Source: Tubiluchus corallicola (lineage: Eukaryota > Animalia > Priapulida). From it: a stretch of DNA of 64,000 bases. The notes under the pieces were generated by a model that was given only the letters and a program-made list of their open reading frames with translations, made no database searches and had not been told where the DNA came from. The position numbers were made by a program, and so were the translations under genes. The DNA is taken from assembly GCA_030141605.1 (NCBI GenBank), contig JAQGDQ010000032.1:600065-664064 (forward strand), read 5' to 3'. This document shows, in pieces, positions 41,976 to 54,900 of the stretch; within the stretch, counting starts at the first letter, position 1; every line of letters begins with the position of its first letter.

Positions 41976-44229
41976 GATTAATAACTCACGAGCACTCAAT
42001 TTTCTAAAAAATAAAAATAGGCATGTAAAAGTTATTAGGCACCTAATATATAAAAAAAGACAAGCTTTAAAGCTAAAACATCTTTCCTGGCCTGTCAGAT
42101 TATCACAGACACATTTTCTCATAGAGATTCCAAAGTATCACAGAAGCAATGGCAAACAGTACACTGCACTGTCCTGTAGAATGACATCAATCGGAAAAGC
42201 AATATGACATTCAAATTTGCAAATTCTCTAACCAAAAGTTAGCAACGTAATCAGGTGAGCATATGAATTAGTGCTACTTTCAAAGTAAATAAATACAGTG
42301 GATAGTCCATCTGGCATTAGAAGGTGTTTTATTCCCAAAGACACGAACACATATTTAGGTTGCTTAGAAATATTATTATGAATAAACGTTATGACATTAC
42401 ATAAGATACTTGTAGAATGGAAAGGCAACGCAGGATGGCCACCCACAGTAATCATAATCATTTCTTAACAAGAAAACGCACTGCCGTTACTTACACACGA
42501 GCAGTACTATTAACACAAAACCCGCACAGAAGGGAGACAAGTGCACATATAAACTGTGAGCATATTGGTCGGCCTGACAAATGTTTAGGCTGCAGCTTTT
42601 CTTTCCTAATTCCAATGTCAAAAATTATTCAAAAGTTTTGTTTGCTAACAAAAGAACGTTTAGTAAATACCGGCTTTACTTTAATTGCTTCTGATCCGAT
42701 TCAAGTTTCGTAAAAAAATGCAAAGCAGTCTTCATGATTCGTATTTTCTCACTTTAAGGGGCAAATCCGCTGCCAACTAGTGCTGTAAAATTTATCTAAT
42801 TTCCCTTCTTACCATAATAAAAGTTTAATTTTGTGATGTGAGTTTTGCCATGTTGACATGTTACATGTGATAGCGAAGTTCTGTAAAAGTTATGAACCGC
42901 ATAAATTATTCGTCAACTCAGTGCCCGACCGATGTAAAATATTTTCACCAGTGACATAATAAAATTTCAGTTCTTGTGCTTCTAAACACACATTGTGCTT
43001 AATTTCCGTTTTACTTTCTGAAGTTTATTGATTTAGCTCATAAGAAAGTGCAGTCATAAAAGATGCCAAAATTTCTCTAAATTCTTTATACATGGTACCA
43101 TGCACGTTTTGCATAGTATTATTCTCTAGACACCAATTTAAATATCAAGGCAAGCTGAACTAAAGCAAAAACAGTTACTTTGTTTAGCAAGACCATTATA
43201 TAAGATCAATTTGTAAATATTATGTGTCAATGAAACATCCATTGTTACCATCACTACAACAATCCTAAGAAGAAGAACTTAACTGGCATTAAGTTACAAG
43301 AGTCGGATTTAACCTGCTATAGAAAATTAAAAGCGAATTGAAGATTTGGATTAAATTATGTGTTCAAAATAAAACAAAAATGATCTTTGGATTTAAATCG
43401 GTTTCGGAAATTAAGGCTTTGTTCCATCCACCACCAGTCGTTAACGGACACTGGACACTCTTCAAGTTCCTTCTTCAAAATGCCAAGGTATACAGCAAGG
43501 TGGTACATGCCAAAGCGTGGTATGTGGCACCGGTGTACATCGCAAGGGAGGCAGTACACAGGAAAGTAGAACAACGCTCGAAGACCCACGTAGTGTCAAT
43601 GACATGCATGCAATACACTTTCTTTATTATTCACCGATTATAAAACTCAAAGGTTTTACTTATAATGTACAATTGCAATTTTTTCATAACTGTATCATGT
43701 GCATTATAAATAACTGTTAGTAGGCTTAATATGTAGAACGTCGTCACTCATTAATTCAGCATAATCTTTTTACATGATTGAATTTAATTCCAGATAAAAG
43801 AAACCGCGAACATCTTTTTTTAAAAAACTTTTGAAAATTTCGCAATACAGACCTACAAATAAGGCATGACAATAGCGTGAATCTAAGCAGTTTGTGGCTG
43901 TCTGTTTAGAAGCTCCACTTCATCGCCAAAGATTTCTTGTATTGGTTTGACAGATATTTTGGATTTTTAGACTGGATGATGCTGTTATATTGTTATACTG
44001 TCGTGATTTCTTTAGATGCGCAATTCAAAAAAGTGAGAGCACTGACAATAAAATTTCAATTAAAAAAAGAAAAAAGTCTGTGACTTTTAGCACCACTTTC
44101 CCGTGGTGGTATACTGTGAATACGCTCCGTGCTTCCGCAGTATCACCTCTAGGCTCTACTAAATATCACAGGCACTTAAATAATTTAAGTGCAAGATACA
44201 ATACACTGAATCACTTTTCCAATTAATCA

Positions 44230-47200
44230 CCTCACAATATTTTACACTTGTTGAAATCTGAATTTACTGAATTTCCTTTCTGTAGTTGAGTAGCCATTCA
44301 ATAGTTTGATGCACCTATTGCAAAGTTTGCCCAGTCGGTCTTGATATGTCATTGGCATCCAATTGCCACATCTTTAAGTTCTTTACCTTACATTCCAACG
44401 CATGTTATGTAGTGTCTTTTTGTTATAGCATATAGGGCAATTTAGGTAATTTTTGTTACTACTTGGGTAATTTCCGTTAACATCTACCCTGTTTAGTCTA
44501 ATGTGCGTAAATTCTCTCACTTCAGTTTCATTACTAGTTAATACATAGGATTTTTTCTGAAATCCATAAACACTGACCATAAAATTAATAATTGGTCTGC
44601 AGTACTCCAGTTTTTGCAACAACCACATTGTAGGTTACTCATCTTCTTTCTAATAATGGGTTTATGATAGTTCATTAGCGTTTTTCAAACAATTTATTAC
44701 TTGTATTCATTATAAATATTCCTCTTCTATTTGCTATATCCCATTTTGACCCCTTACCTTTATAAATTGATTTAATCGTAATTTGTTTCCATTCTTTTGG
44801 TATTTCCGTAGTTTTTCGGATTTTATTAAACTCACAATTTAAGTTATTTATCACATCACTTCTCGCGGCTTTTAACATTTCATTTTTCCATCCATATTGG
44901 TTGCCTGATCTTTTATTTTTCAATTGAGTTATTACTTTTATAATTTGTTCTTTTGTAATCATTTTATTTTCTTCATTTTGTTTGGCTAATTTATCAATAG
45001 ATGTCACTAAAAATACTCGTTTTTCGATTTGTTGTTCTTCTTTTGACATAGATTCTCTAGGTTGTAACTGTTTTTGGTAATAATTAGTGAATATTTGCTT
45101 CACCTCCTCAGCTGTTTCTTTTAAGCACTCATTTTCATCATGTATGGCAATTGCTTCCTTTTTATTTCTTTCTTTCTATTTTTAATTTTTTTGCAGAATT
45201 CTTAGAAGAAATTAGAATCAACACCATATTTCTTCAATTCATCTATTGTCAGGTTTAATTTTCTGTAATATAGTACTGCTGATGCTTATAAATTGCTTGG
45301 TCAAGCTCATTTTCTCTAAACTTTAGTTCTTCTTCTTGTTTATCAGCACTATTTCTTCTTTGCTTTTTTATGTTCCTTTTAATTTTCATTAATTGTCTGA
45401 CAACTTTTTATTTTTTGTCTTTATTTATTTTTGTTCTACTAAAACATTTATCTATTTTGCTTTGCATCATTATATGCCATTTGTTATATTGACAGGTTAC
45501 TGGTTCATCTGTTTCCCACACTTTGCAGCTCTTGTCCTTCTGTTATTTTTTAATTTTTTTATTTTATCTTGATTTATAACCCAATGGATTTTTGTTCGTT
45601 TCTCCTTTTCTTTATAAATTAAATTCCAGTCTATATTTATTAGAATCGTGTTATGATCTGAGTATACACATGTTACAGATTCTTTCTTTTTACTAGTCTT
45701 TAGAGGCCATATTCTTTACTTTGATCTATATGCATGCTTTTAATTGCAATGACATCATTTGCAAACATTATTAAGTAATCTAATATCGATATTTTGTGTC
45801 CTTCTATCCTGGTCCATGTTCCTTTGCACTTCTCAGTGCCATTTGTTATTGCTAAATGTTCTTCTTTAACCATTTGTCTAGTCATTTTTCTCTCTAAAAA
45901 TATATTTTCATAGCTTTTTGGGATAAAGTTACCTATTTTTCCATTAAAGTTCCTTTGCACTTCTCAGTTCCATTTATTATTGCTAAATGTTCTTCTTTAA
46001 CCATTTGTTTAGTCATTTTTGCCGCTAAAGATGTTTCTTCAGAGCTTTTTGGGATGAAGTTACTTATTTTTCCATTAAAGTCACCAGTATGCATATTTTC
46101 TCTTCATTAAGTTTAGCTAATCAAATTTGTTCTTTTATGCTTTTATACATTTGTGAAAGCAACTTTTTTCCATTCTACTTTCTTGGGAACCATAAACTAA
46201 CCCTATTCTTATCTTTTTCTACCATTATTAATTAGAAGCCATAACATTTGTCCTATTTCTTGCTATTTATATACTTGAACAGTAACATTTTTTAATTCAT
46301 TTTTTACAGCAAATAACAATCCACCTCCTTTAAATACAACATTTAACTCATTTAACTATCATTTTGTATCAGTGTACTTCTGTTTAATTAGCTAGCTAAC
46401 TTATCTATGTAATACAAAGTATACCAAAAATGTTAATTATTGTTACTACTAACACTGAAAATAACCTTTTGCACACAGCTTTTATGAATTAACTTTATAT
46501 GTATGTACTCTTTGACATGTATGTACTCTATTGTGTTTTGCCAATGTACATTATGATTATGTATTTGAGCAATAAATTAAAATTGAAATTGAATTTCCAT
46601 TAAGTCTATTGTTTGTTACTATTTTATATCCTGGCACTGTAACTGATTCATCATTCACTATATGTATTTCTACCTATTATTGTTGGTTTATTTATGTAGA
46701 TATTTTCAATTAACGAGTCATATTTAGATTTGATACCTCGGTAATTGGCATAAAAAATTTTAAAATTTTTATACTGATTTTGTTGTTTTTTGGATCGTTT
46801 TTGTTTTTTAGGTTTTTTGATTTTATCATTATGTTTTTGTTTTACTGTTGAGATGTCTGTGATTGCTCTTGAATCGTAGGGTTTTGTGCTATTCTGGCTA
46901 TTACTGGTTGGTAATAGCCATATGCCATTTCTTCTGCATAATTTGTCTGATTTGCTCGCCAGCTGTTTCCTTGGTTGTCATGATATATTTGATTGTATGA
47001 GTTTGTAACTGGTCAAGCCTGCGAGTTCATTTTATATTCCATTCTGTTCAGTGTTTGACTAAAAAAATCTAGCTTGTTGCTAAATGACTGTACTAGTTGT
47101 GCAGATTCCTGCACTACTGTATTTTGACTTGTACTTGTTCCTGCTCGTTTGTAGTTTCCCCAGTATACTCTATCTTGGACACCATTTTCCAATGATGGTT

Positions 47201-47441
47201 TCCATCCTGATCTATAAAGATGTTTAAACCAACATCTATTTCCAAATCGACAGTAGCCGTCCATTTCAAAATTCCTACAGGCTATCTGTGATTTGTTATT
47301 TCTACTTACTATTCTCCTCTCTTGCTGTTTTCTGTATACATTTCTGTATGTATCTCCTCTGTTTCTATTTGTTTTGTCATTGTCCTTTTTTTCACTGATT
47401 TCATGTTCAAAATAGCAAACATCTAGTAGCAGCAAGTACAC
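44230..47441 (-). mobile_element. Decayed non-LTR retrotransposon (LINE) with CCCH-finger ORF1 and APE-RT ORF2
   Basis: ORF1 remnant CRNFEMDGYCRFGNRCWFKH (47013-47441). APE motifs FYANYRGIKSK (~46750), GGGLL (~46325), GDFNGKI (~46080), LDY, YSDHNTI (~45655). RT N-terminus IPKEWKQITIKSIYKGKGSKWDIANRRGIF (44675-45103). C-terminal RLNRVDVNGNY..CPIC (44383-44628). Frameshifts and stops present; RT core missing. Confidence 0.9.
46332..46593 (+). mobile_element. 5'-truncated LINE tail inserted into the APE domain of the older LINE
   Basis: Interrupts NRLNG-K-GGGLL on the minus strand; ends in aataaa followed by (aattga)n short repeats. Confidence 0.55.
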
Positions 47442-47789
47442 TGACCCACTTCATCTCTAAGAATGAGCCCCTTTGAAGAAATGTATATATCTGAGTAGTT
47501 TATTAGGTACTGAAGATTAGGTACTGGCACACAGCATGCAGAAAAATGTTAGCCTTGGCTGCATATTCTAAGTTTTGATATCACATAGAACCTGTATATT
47601 CTTGTATGTTTGTATAATTGGTGGATTTGGATAATTCTGAATTATTGTATCATGATTTAGGTAGACACAACTCTAAATTATTTCTACAGTACTCTTGCAC
47701 TAATATCAGAGCCAGTTTCTTCTCTTATCATGTTGTGAGCCCCTGGAATTCAGTTAATAGTGAAATTGTTGAAGCATCAAATGTGGCTC

Positions 47790-48270
47790 AATTTTGAAAG
47801 TCATTGAGAAGAGACCATCAAAAACCATGTTATGGTTAGGTCTCTTAGACTTTGCAAGCAAGCAAGTCAAAGTTGCCGAGAAGATGAAATCGATGCCTTC
47901 CAAAGGCATCTGTATAGAATGATGTTGGATATAAATTGGCCAAAGAAGATTTCAAATCAGGATCTATGTAATTTAATGAATGAGAAATAATAGAGTGTGG
48001 TCATACAGAGCATCAGCTTAGATGGATTGGATATGTCATTAGATTGCCACAGGATTCTCCATTTACTACTTCATTACATCAAGCACTAATAATACCTGGG
48101 AAGATACCAATAGGAGGACAACTGATCACATATTTGGATGTTCTGACAAAAAACGCATTAAATACTCCACTTGACTGAAACAACTTTGATACTCGGCATG
48201 TGGCAGCAGATTCGGGAACATGGCATCAAATTATGAAAGGTGCTGTGTTACATAACGGAAGCACCTGAGA
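47790..48270 (+). mobile_element. RTE-like LINE 3' fragment
   Basis: Broken frames read EIDAFQRHLYRMMLDINWPKKISNQDL and LRWIGYVIRLPQDSP, matching the typical RTE C-terminal RLRWxGHxxR region. Confidence 0.75.
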
Positions 48271-48289
48271 TGATAATGGTAGACTGGAA

Positions 48290-49000
48290 AATGTCTTCCT
48301 GTGATTACTTGTGGCCATCTCCACTGGTGTGGGGAAACGATAATGGTTTGCAAAGACTTTTATACATTGTAAATATTATTCATCCTCACTGCTTTCATTC
48401 ATGTCCCCGCCTATTATGATTTTTTGGTAGCGCAGATAGTCTTGTACAAACCTCGATGCTTCCAACAACCTTTTACTACCACATTCACTTGTAATATCAT
48501 CAATTGAAACTCCTGCTGCATAATTAGCTTTGATTTTATCATATATCTTACATAAAAAGAACTGCTCTGTAGTGTTTTGTTTATCCCCCATACATTGGAC
48601 ATAAAAAAATCATAAAAAGATCATAAATGAGTTCTTGTAGTTTAGTTTTACTTTCACCATATTTAGCCTCACCTCCGTAATATTTTTAACAAATGAGGAA
48701 TTTAGTTTGTTACATTCTTCTTCAGGCCCCATTTACTTTCTCTAAAAAATCTTAATTTTGTGTTTGTATTCCACTATTTTTTTGCATTCATTTAGTATTT
48801 CATATACAACTTTATTTTTAATTCCTTTCTTGCATTTCAACTTTTTACTTACCAAGTACTCTTTGTCCATGGCAATTCTGTATTTATCAGCTATCTTTTT
48901 CAATGCAGTGTGCCAATATCCACTGTTCAGATATTTTATTTGTTGATCCAAAGTTTTTCTTGCAAATGTGACATGTCTCATTACATGGTAAAAGAAGCTT
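48290..49000 (-). mobile_element. Second LINE 3' fragment, same type as 44230-47441
   Basis: Broken frames read RLNMVKVKLNYKN..CPM..DKQNTTEQFFLC...ESSEDE*. Confidence 0.7.
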
Positions 49001-51761
49001 CCTGTAAGTTTGTGGTGTATACATTTTGAAGTTGTAATAATGATGGTAATATATATAAAAAAATTAGATTTTAAGTTTGATTTGACAAATGTGAAATGCA
49101 GCCTTTCTTTTTGGGTTGTGCACATAATATAAAAATTGTGTGTATGTTGCACTATACTACTAGTTACAGTGCATTCAAAATTTGCATGTCTGAAATACCT
49201 GGGAATATCAGCCAAGATGAAAAGTGAGGTGATAAATAGAAAGCCTCAGTCTAAAATGATTATTTATAGACAGGTAAATGTAAAATGTAAAAAATTGTAA
49301 TTCTAGAAGTTACTCAATTCGTGTAGCTAAAACTGCTTTGAATAGAAAGTTTCTTAATAATCTCTGTTCCTATTTTTTACAATACCAACTTGCAAAATAA
49401 ATTTTTCAAATAAAAAAAGTTTTTGCTTTATCATATTTCTGACACGTTATTCTAAATTCATTACTCTAAAATTCTGTGATCGCAAAGCGAAAGAAAACAG
49501 GTAATGAATTAACCTTGAACTAGAGATGCCAAAAGACTCACCAACAGATGGGACCAAGTGCTCTTTATTTGCTTTCTTCCTGGGGCAACTATAATAATGT
49601 TCACCATTATTTTTGTGGCTGGTCACTTGACCAGACATCCCCTTAAACTTTTGTTTTCTCGTGAGATACAGTTGCATGAGAAAATACACACGAGAAACTC
49701 AATATGACTGCTATTTGTAACCCATGAGAGCAACACTTCTTTACACTGCACTTTGGAGATTACACAAAGATAATTTATGCTCATATGACATACGCTCATA
49801 TGCTCATACTTTCTGGTGTCTAGTCTTACTTTCTTGTTTAGTTGAGGTTTCATCTAATTATTTCAGAGATAGTTGATAATTTTTGGTTTTCTCAATATTT
49901 GACTGCTAATAATTATTGAAAAGTGAAAGTCAAGTAGGGGGCTTTAACCTCTTTTGTGCAAATTGTAACTTCTTTTTGTCTGGCCACTTTGTGATGAATT
50001 AAAACATCACTGTGTGATGATTGTAATGTTTTGTAAAAGACAATTTTAGCTGAGTAACACATAGAGCATTGTAGCAGTGTAGCAAACATACTGTAGTGTA
50101 GCTGTAGCCATGTTTTGATAGTATTTGAGATACATCCACTTTTATCTGTTTTTAGTAAAGAACAATTAATGACAGTATGTAGTTTGATACACATAATATC
50201 TGTATGACTTTTTACCTTTGAAATGTTTCGTGTTGTTTGGGAAAAGGAAAAAGATGTGTGAATTATACTCGCTTGCTGCTTCTTATCTTTGGTACTAAAA
50301 TCGAAGCACTGCTGTTGTAGCCGTTTGTTTCTGCTGTTCTTTAAATTGTAATAACAAGGTTTCTTGTTTATATTTTAGATCTGAAATCAAAGTTTCATGA
50401 ATTGTGCTTATTTAATATCCCTTCCGTGTAAATTGATTTGGAACATGCTTATAATAAATCATAAGTGCATAATCGAATGGCTGAAAAACTAGCTGAAAAT
50501 GAATGAGTGATGGAAGACTGGGCAACACATATATCTGTCAGTATGATAAAACTTTTTAAAACTGAAATTACCACAACTCATCAACTTTTCTCAGGCCTGA
50601 TTTAATTCCAAAAACTTAATTTTATTATTTCTTCTTGCAGACTTACACAAAAAGAATCACATTAAAGTTTTACCACAAAATCCACATTACCGGCCACAGT
50701 TTTTTTTACATTATTTTCTATTATTATCTGAGGATGTTTGTAGTTAGATAGTTATTTTAAATGTTAGTATGTTGCTGTTGCCTGGTGTGATAGAAAAACA
50801 CAAGTAAAAAAATTTGTAGTTTCTGATTATATTAAAAGGTTGTAAAATTATGTACAATTCCGTGTGATTGAACTTTCATATTTGAAAGAGCAAAGTGAAA
50901 AATTGACGAAATCTTGTCTGTTTAAATTTGTTGTATCCTTGTAGCCCTATCAAAGATTTAGAAGCCCTTAATATTTTAATTTCATTTCCTATTCCTTTAT
51001 GTTTGGTTGCTATAGATCGTTGTTAGGTGCTGGTTGCTATGGGAGAAAACTGTTTAAATGGTATCTGCTTGTTGAAATTCTGTGTGATGTCATCATAGAG
51101 GGCACCAGGAAAAATAACCAAGGTTACCAGTCATTAATAGTTTGATGTCACAATTAGTACTAATATGTGTCTAAGCAAAAAAGATGTAGCTGTTTCACAG
51201 GAAGCATGCGCCCGAGTTGAGCGCCCTTCAAGTGGCTGTTTATTTTTGCTGATTTCTGGTTTGTTATATTAGTGCCTGACTGGCCAGTGTACATTTTTGA
51301 AATTGAGAACCACCTTGTAATCAGTAATATGCAGTTAAATTTACAAGTGGAACTTGCCTGAGTGAAATATTTCGGTTACTCTGCAAGTTAGTGGTTTGCC
51401 TGTCATCGCTGTAACTTGTGAGGCTGGAATTTTTATACTGACATTTAGTGTTTTGTTTTGTTGTAAGAATTAGATTGCTGAGTGACGGTTCCGCTGCTAA
51501 AGTTTTTAGTATAAAATTTATATTATTATTTACGTAGATAGATCAATATTTTATACAATGTAATTTTAATTAACACACTTTTACTTTTTAAGCAACTCCT
51601 TGCAAGCCTTTGATACATAATTTAACTAGTTTTTGAAACCACACCTTGATTGAATGAGATGAGTTCATTAGTCGTAAATTAGTAATATGTATCGCATGGT
51701 TACTGTCATATACACAAGCTTTATTCTGTATTGATTTCAGTTGCAGGTTTTGCCTTGTTAT

Positions 51762-51822
51762 GTTGCCTGCAACCTAGAATAAGTCAATGCTTGGCTATAG
51801 AAAAGACGGTTTCCATTGAAAC
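51762..51822 (+). promoter_or_regulatory. RFX X-box-like motifs upstream of SAXO
   Basis: GTTGCCTGCAAC (51762-51773) and GTTTCCATTGAAAC (51809-51822), 160-220 bp upstream of the ATG of a ciliary gene. Confidence 0.55.
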
Positions 51823-51978
51823 GCTGCTGATGCTTTTTGTGTTCCATAGTTGCTGAATGCTATTTTCTGTCAACACACCAGGTCATTTCCTGACATGTCC
51901 AGTACCAGGTAAAACTTTCTGGCTGACTGATTAAAAGGACAACTTTATTAGCACTAATCTCATCAAACAACCATTGGC

Positions 51979-54900
51979 ATGACAAGAAAGAAGTGCATTT
52001 GCCAGATTTGCACGTGCGGGTGAGTAAATAAAGTGTTTACTAGGAGGCTAAATTTGATGATTTTAAACTATCATTTAGATTCCTGACTTTTTTAAGGAAA
52101 GCATTGTATGTCTAAACTTGATTAATAAATCAGGAATTAGAACTGATGTTTTGATTTAAAAGTATAGCAGCAAAAAGCATTGATTTGAAATATTTTATCA
52201 TGATAAACTTGAAGTAGTCAGTTCCTGCTTGTCTTTTAATCTGCCATTGTGTGATTGTAAAAGATAATTGATAAGGCAGTGCTGCAGAGATGGGGCAGCC
52301 CTTAGTTCTCCTGATATAAAACTGATCGTTTTTTATTAGATTCTGCAGCTACTGTTATGTGGCTATAGATATAACATATAATGCTATAAGTATAGATTTT
52401 GGAATAATCTTACACCAACTAGTGTTTTTGGTAAAACATGCTCAAGTTATACAACACATTTCAATGTTGAAATAAAACCTTTTATAAACCTAGCAAGTAA
52501 ATGTTCTCAAACTTTGTATGGAAAGATTATTAATTCTATGATTAATCTATTTCATGCTATGTCTATGTTAAACCCCATATCGTCGATAAAAATTATCCCT
52601 TCTTTAACTGAATTGATCTTAAAAATGGATATTAATTAACTGTGCATGGAAATTTGTTTTCAGATATAAGTAATCGTAGTAAATACATAGATATAAGACA
52701 GTTCACCAGAACAAACAAACCTTGTACAGTCCTAAATTTAGAACCAATAAAAACCTTAAACCTCCAGTATTAGGTGGTAGCCCAATTTTCAGAGTGGCTT
52801 CTAGAGTAATTTGTGAATCTGTTATTAACTGTTTTGAGTTGTTTGTACTTCGTGTCCCTAATGGTACGCCTACCTATCCATTAAATTACCAGTTTTTCTA
52901 ATTGTTCTTTATTATGGTTAGCTACCGTGAAATCATTAACGTATTAATGGCATTGTGAGGTGAATTATGACTGACCAGAATATCGCATTAATGTGTGGCT
53001 AATGAAATTTCCTCCTGCAGTATTGATTGTCAAGCTTTTCTTTTGTCCTGCAGGTAGAAATGTTCAATTGGGTATTTTTAGTACATACATACACACCTTA
53101 CTACTACGGAATTTGCATATTCGCATGCAGATATTGAGACAAGCTTTTGTGCACTCAGTTTTTGCTAGTTTTTTCTCATTTAATATTGATTATGCATGTC
53201 TTGTAAATTACTCTGTATGTGGCACAAGTCATGCGCATATATCAGGATACAAGCATTTCACCACTGTATGCAAATGACAGCAAAATCTTTTTTGAAAAAG
53301 TAAAGGATAGTAATAAATAATGATACCGACCAGAACGTGAAAAATCCAGGATCCTTGAAGAAGTTCAAGTCCAAGTCCACTGCTCAAGATTCAAGTCCAA
53401 GCCTTTTAAGTTAACACTGGGAAATGTAGATAATAAATAGCATTATGGTTGTTATACATACAATGTAGGTATTAGTCAGGTATGTAATATGTAATTAATT
53501 ATTACACAGACAGAGACATTTCATCATAACTTTTATGCTTAAATTGCACATTGCAAACCACTATTCATTTTCGTACACACAAAATCTTTGGCAGTCTCCA
53601 GTAAGATTGTTGCTTTAATGCATATTAGCAAGAGACACATTTCTGCAGTTCGAGTCTGAGTTCCAAGAAAAACTTGCTCAAGTGCAAGTTAATGAGTGGA
53701 GGCTTTACCCTCTGATACTGACTCCATAAATATTATTATTTGTTTTTTGTACTACTTTTTAGTGCAATATATTTGAGCAGTAATTCTTTTATTGAATTTA
53801 CTACATATTTTTTGTGCTAGAGCAGTCTGCAGATCAGTTCCACTAGCTTTATGTCATTTTTAATATCAATATAATAAATCAGCTTGATATCATTTACTCT
53901 GACTAATTAGCTAATGTTTAACTGTCTACTTAAATTACTTTCCCTAATTTTTTAATTTGTTTTTCACATAGGCGACATCATTGCCCACACAAAGCTACTT
54001 CTAGTGTGATGCAGTTCGATGAAACTGCAGCTATGGATCCAGGAGTCAAAGCAGCTCCACCTATGCCACAGAAGAGGGAGTCACCCATCCGCCCCAAAGA
54101 AAACAATGTGAACATGGACTATGGGCAACCAATGCAGTCTGTTACTACAGCTCGGTAAGTTCACACATTTTTGTTGTGGTTTTATTTGCAATGATGGAAT
54201 AATATGCCTAAGTTCCTCTGTTCCTCTGTTAAAAATATAAGAAAATGTATGTGTTTTATTACCACACGAATTAAAATAATTACTTTGCTATTTCGTGCAC
54301 CGACTTTTCACAAATTAATTTTAGAATATAAATTAATTATTGGTTGGGTAAACAATTAATAAACTTGGCTAACTAATTACCTAGAACAAAGTTTCAAGAA
54401 TATAGGCTTTCATCCTCTGACTGCATTTGCTAAATGTGATTTAGGAGCATATACTTTGTGGCAAACGTGCTCAAATTTTAATATTGTTTGCTGATAATAG
54501 CCTCCTGAGTGGGCTCTTCTGACTCAATTGTAATTCAATACAAAGCTAGAAAACAGTTCATTTTCATTATATTTGTTTTTGCAGTTACGTAACATTTAGT
54601 CACAGAAATAGTGCTTGACAGCTGCCCACGTATTGATGTTAAGGCATTTTCATAAAATAAAGTTTCCATGGCAACTAAACATTTTCTAGCTTAGCAAATA
54701 TATCACATTGTTTAGAGGTGCTCGCTTAGACACATACACAATCTGTTGAATTTCCAGTTGCAACAACTCAGCAAGTGGCATTGGAATATCAAGATTTGGA
54801 TATTGCTGATGCTGCTAAGATATTATAGTATTTTTGCAGTGCATTATTGTTGTTCATTTTAATAATGTGATACCGATCATTATTTAACTGACAACAGCAA

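Noticed and set aside
44097-44140. tRNA-Gly-like start (tggtggtata)
   Set aside because: No T-arm/B box and no cloverleaf.
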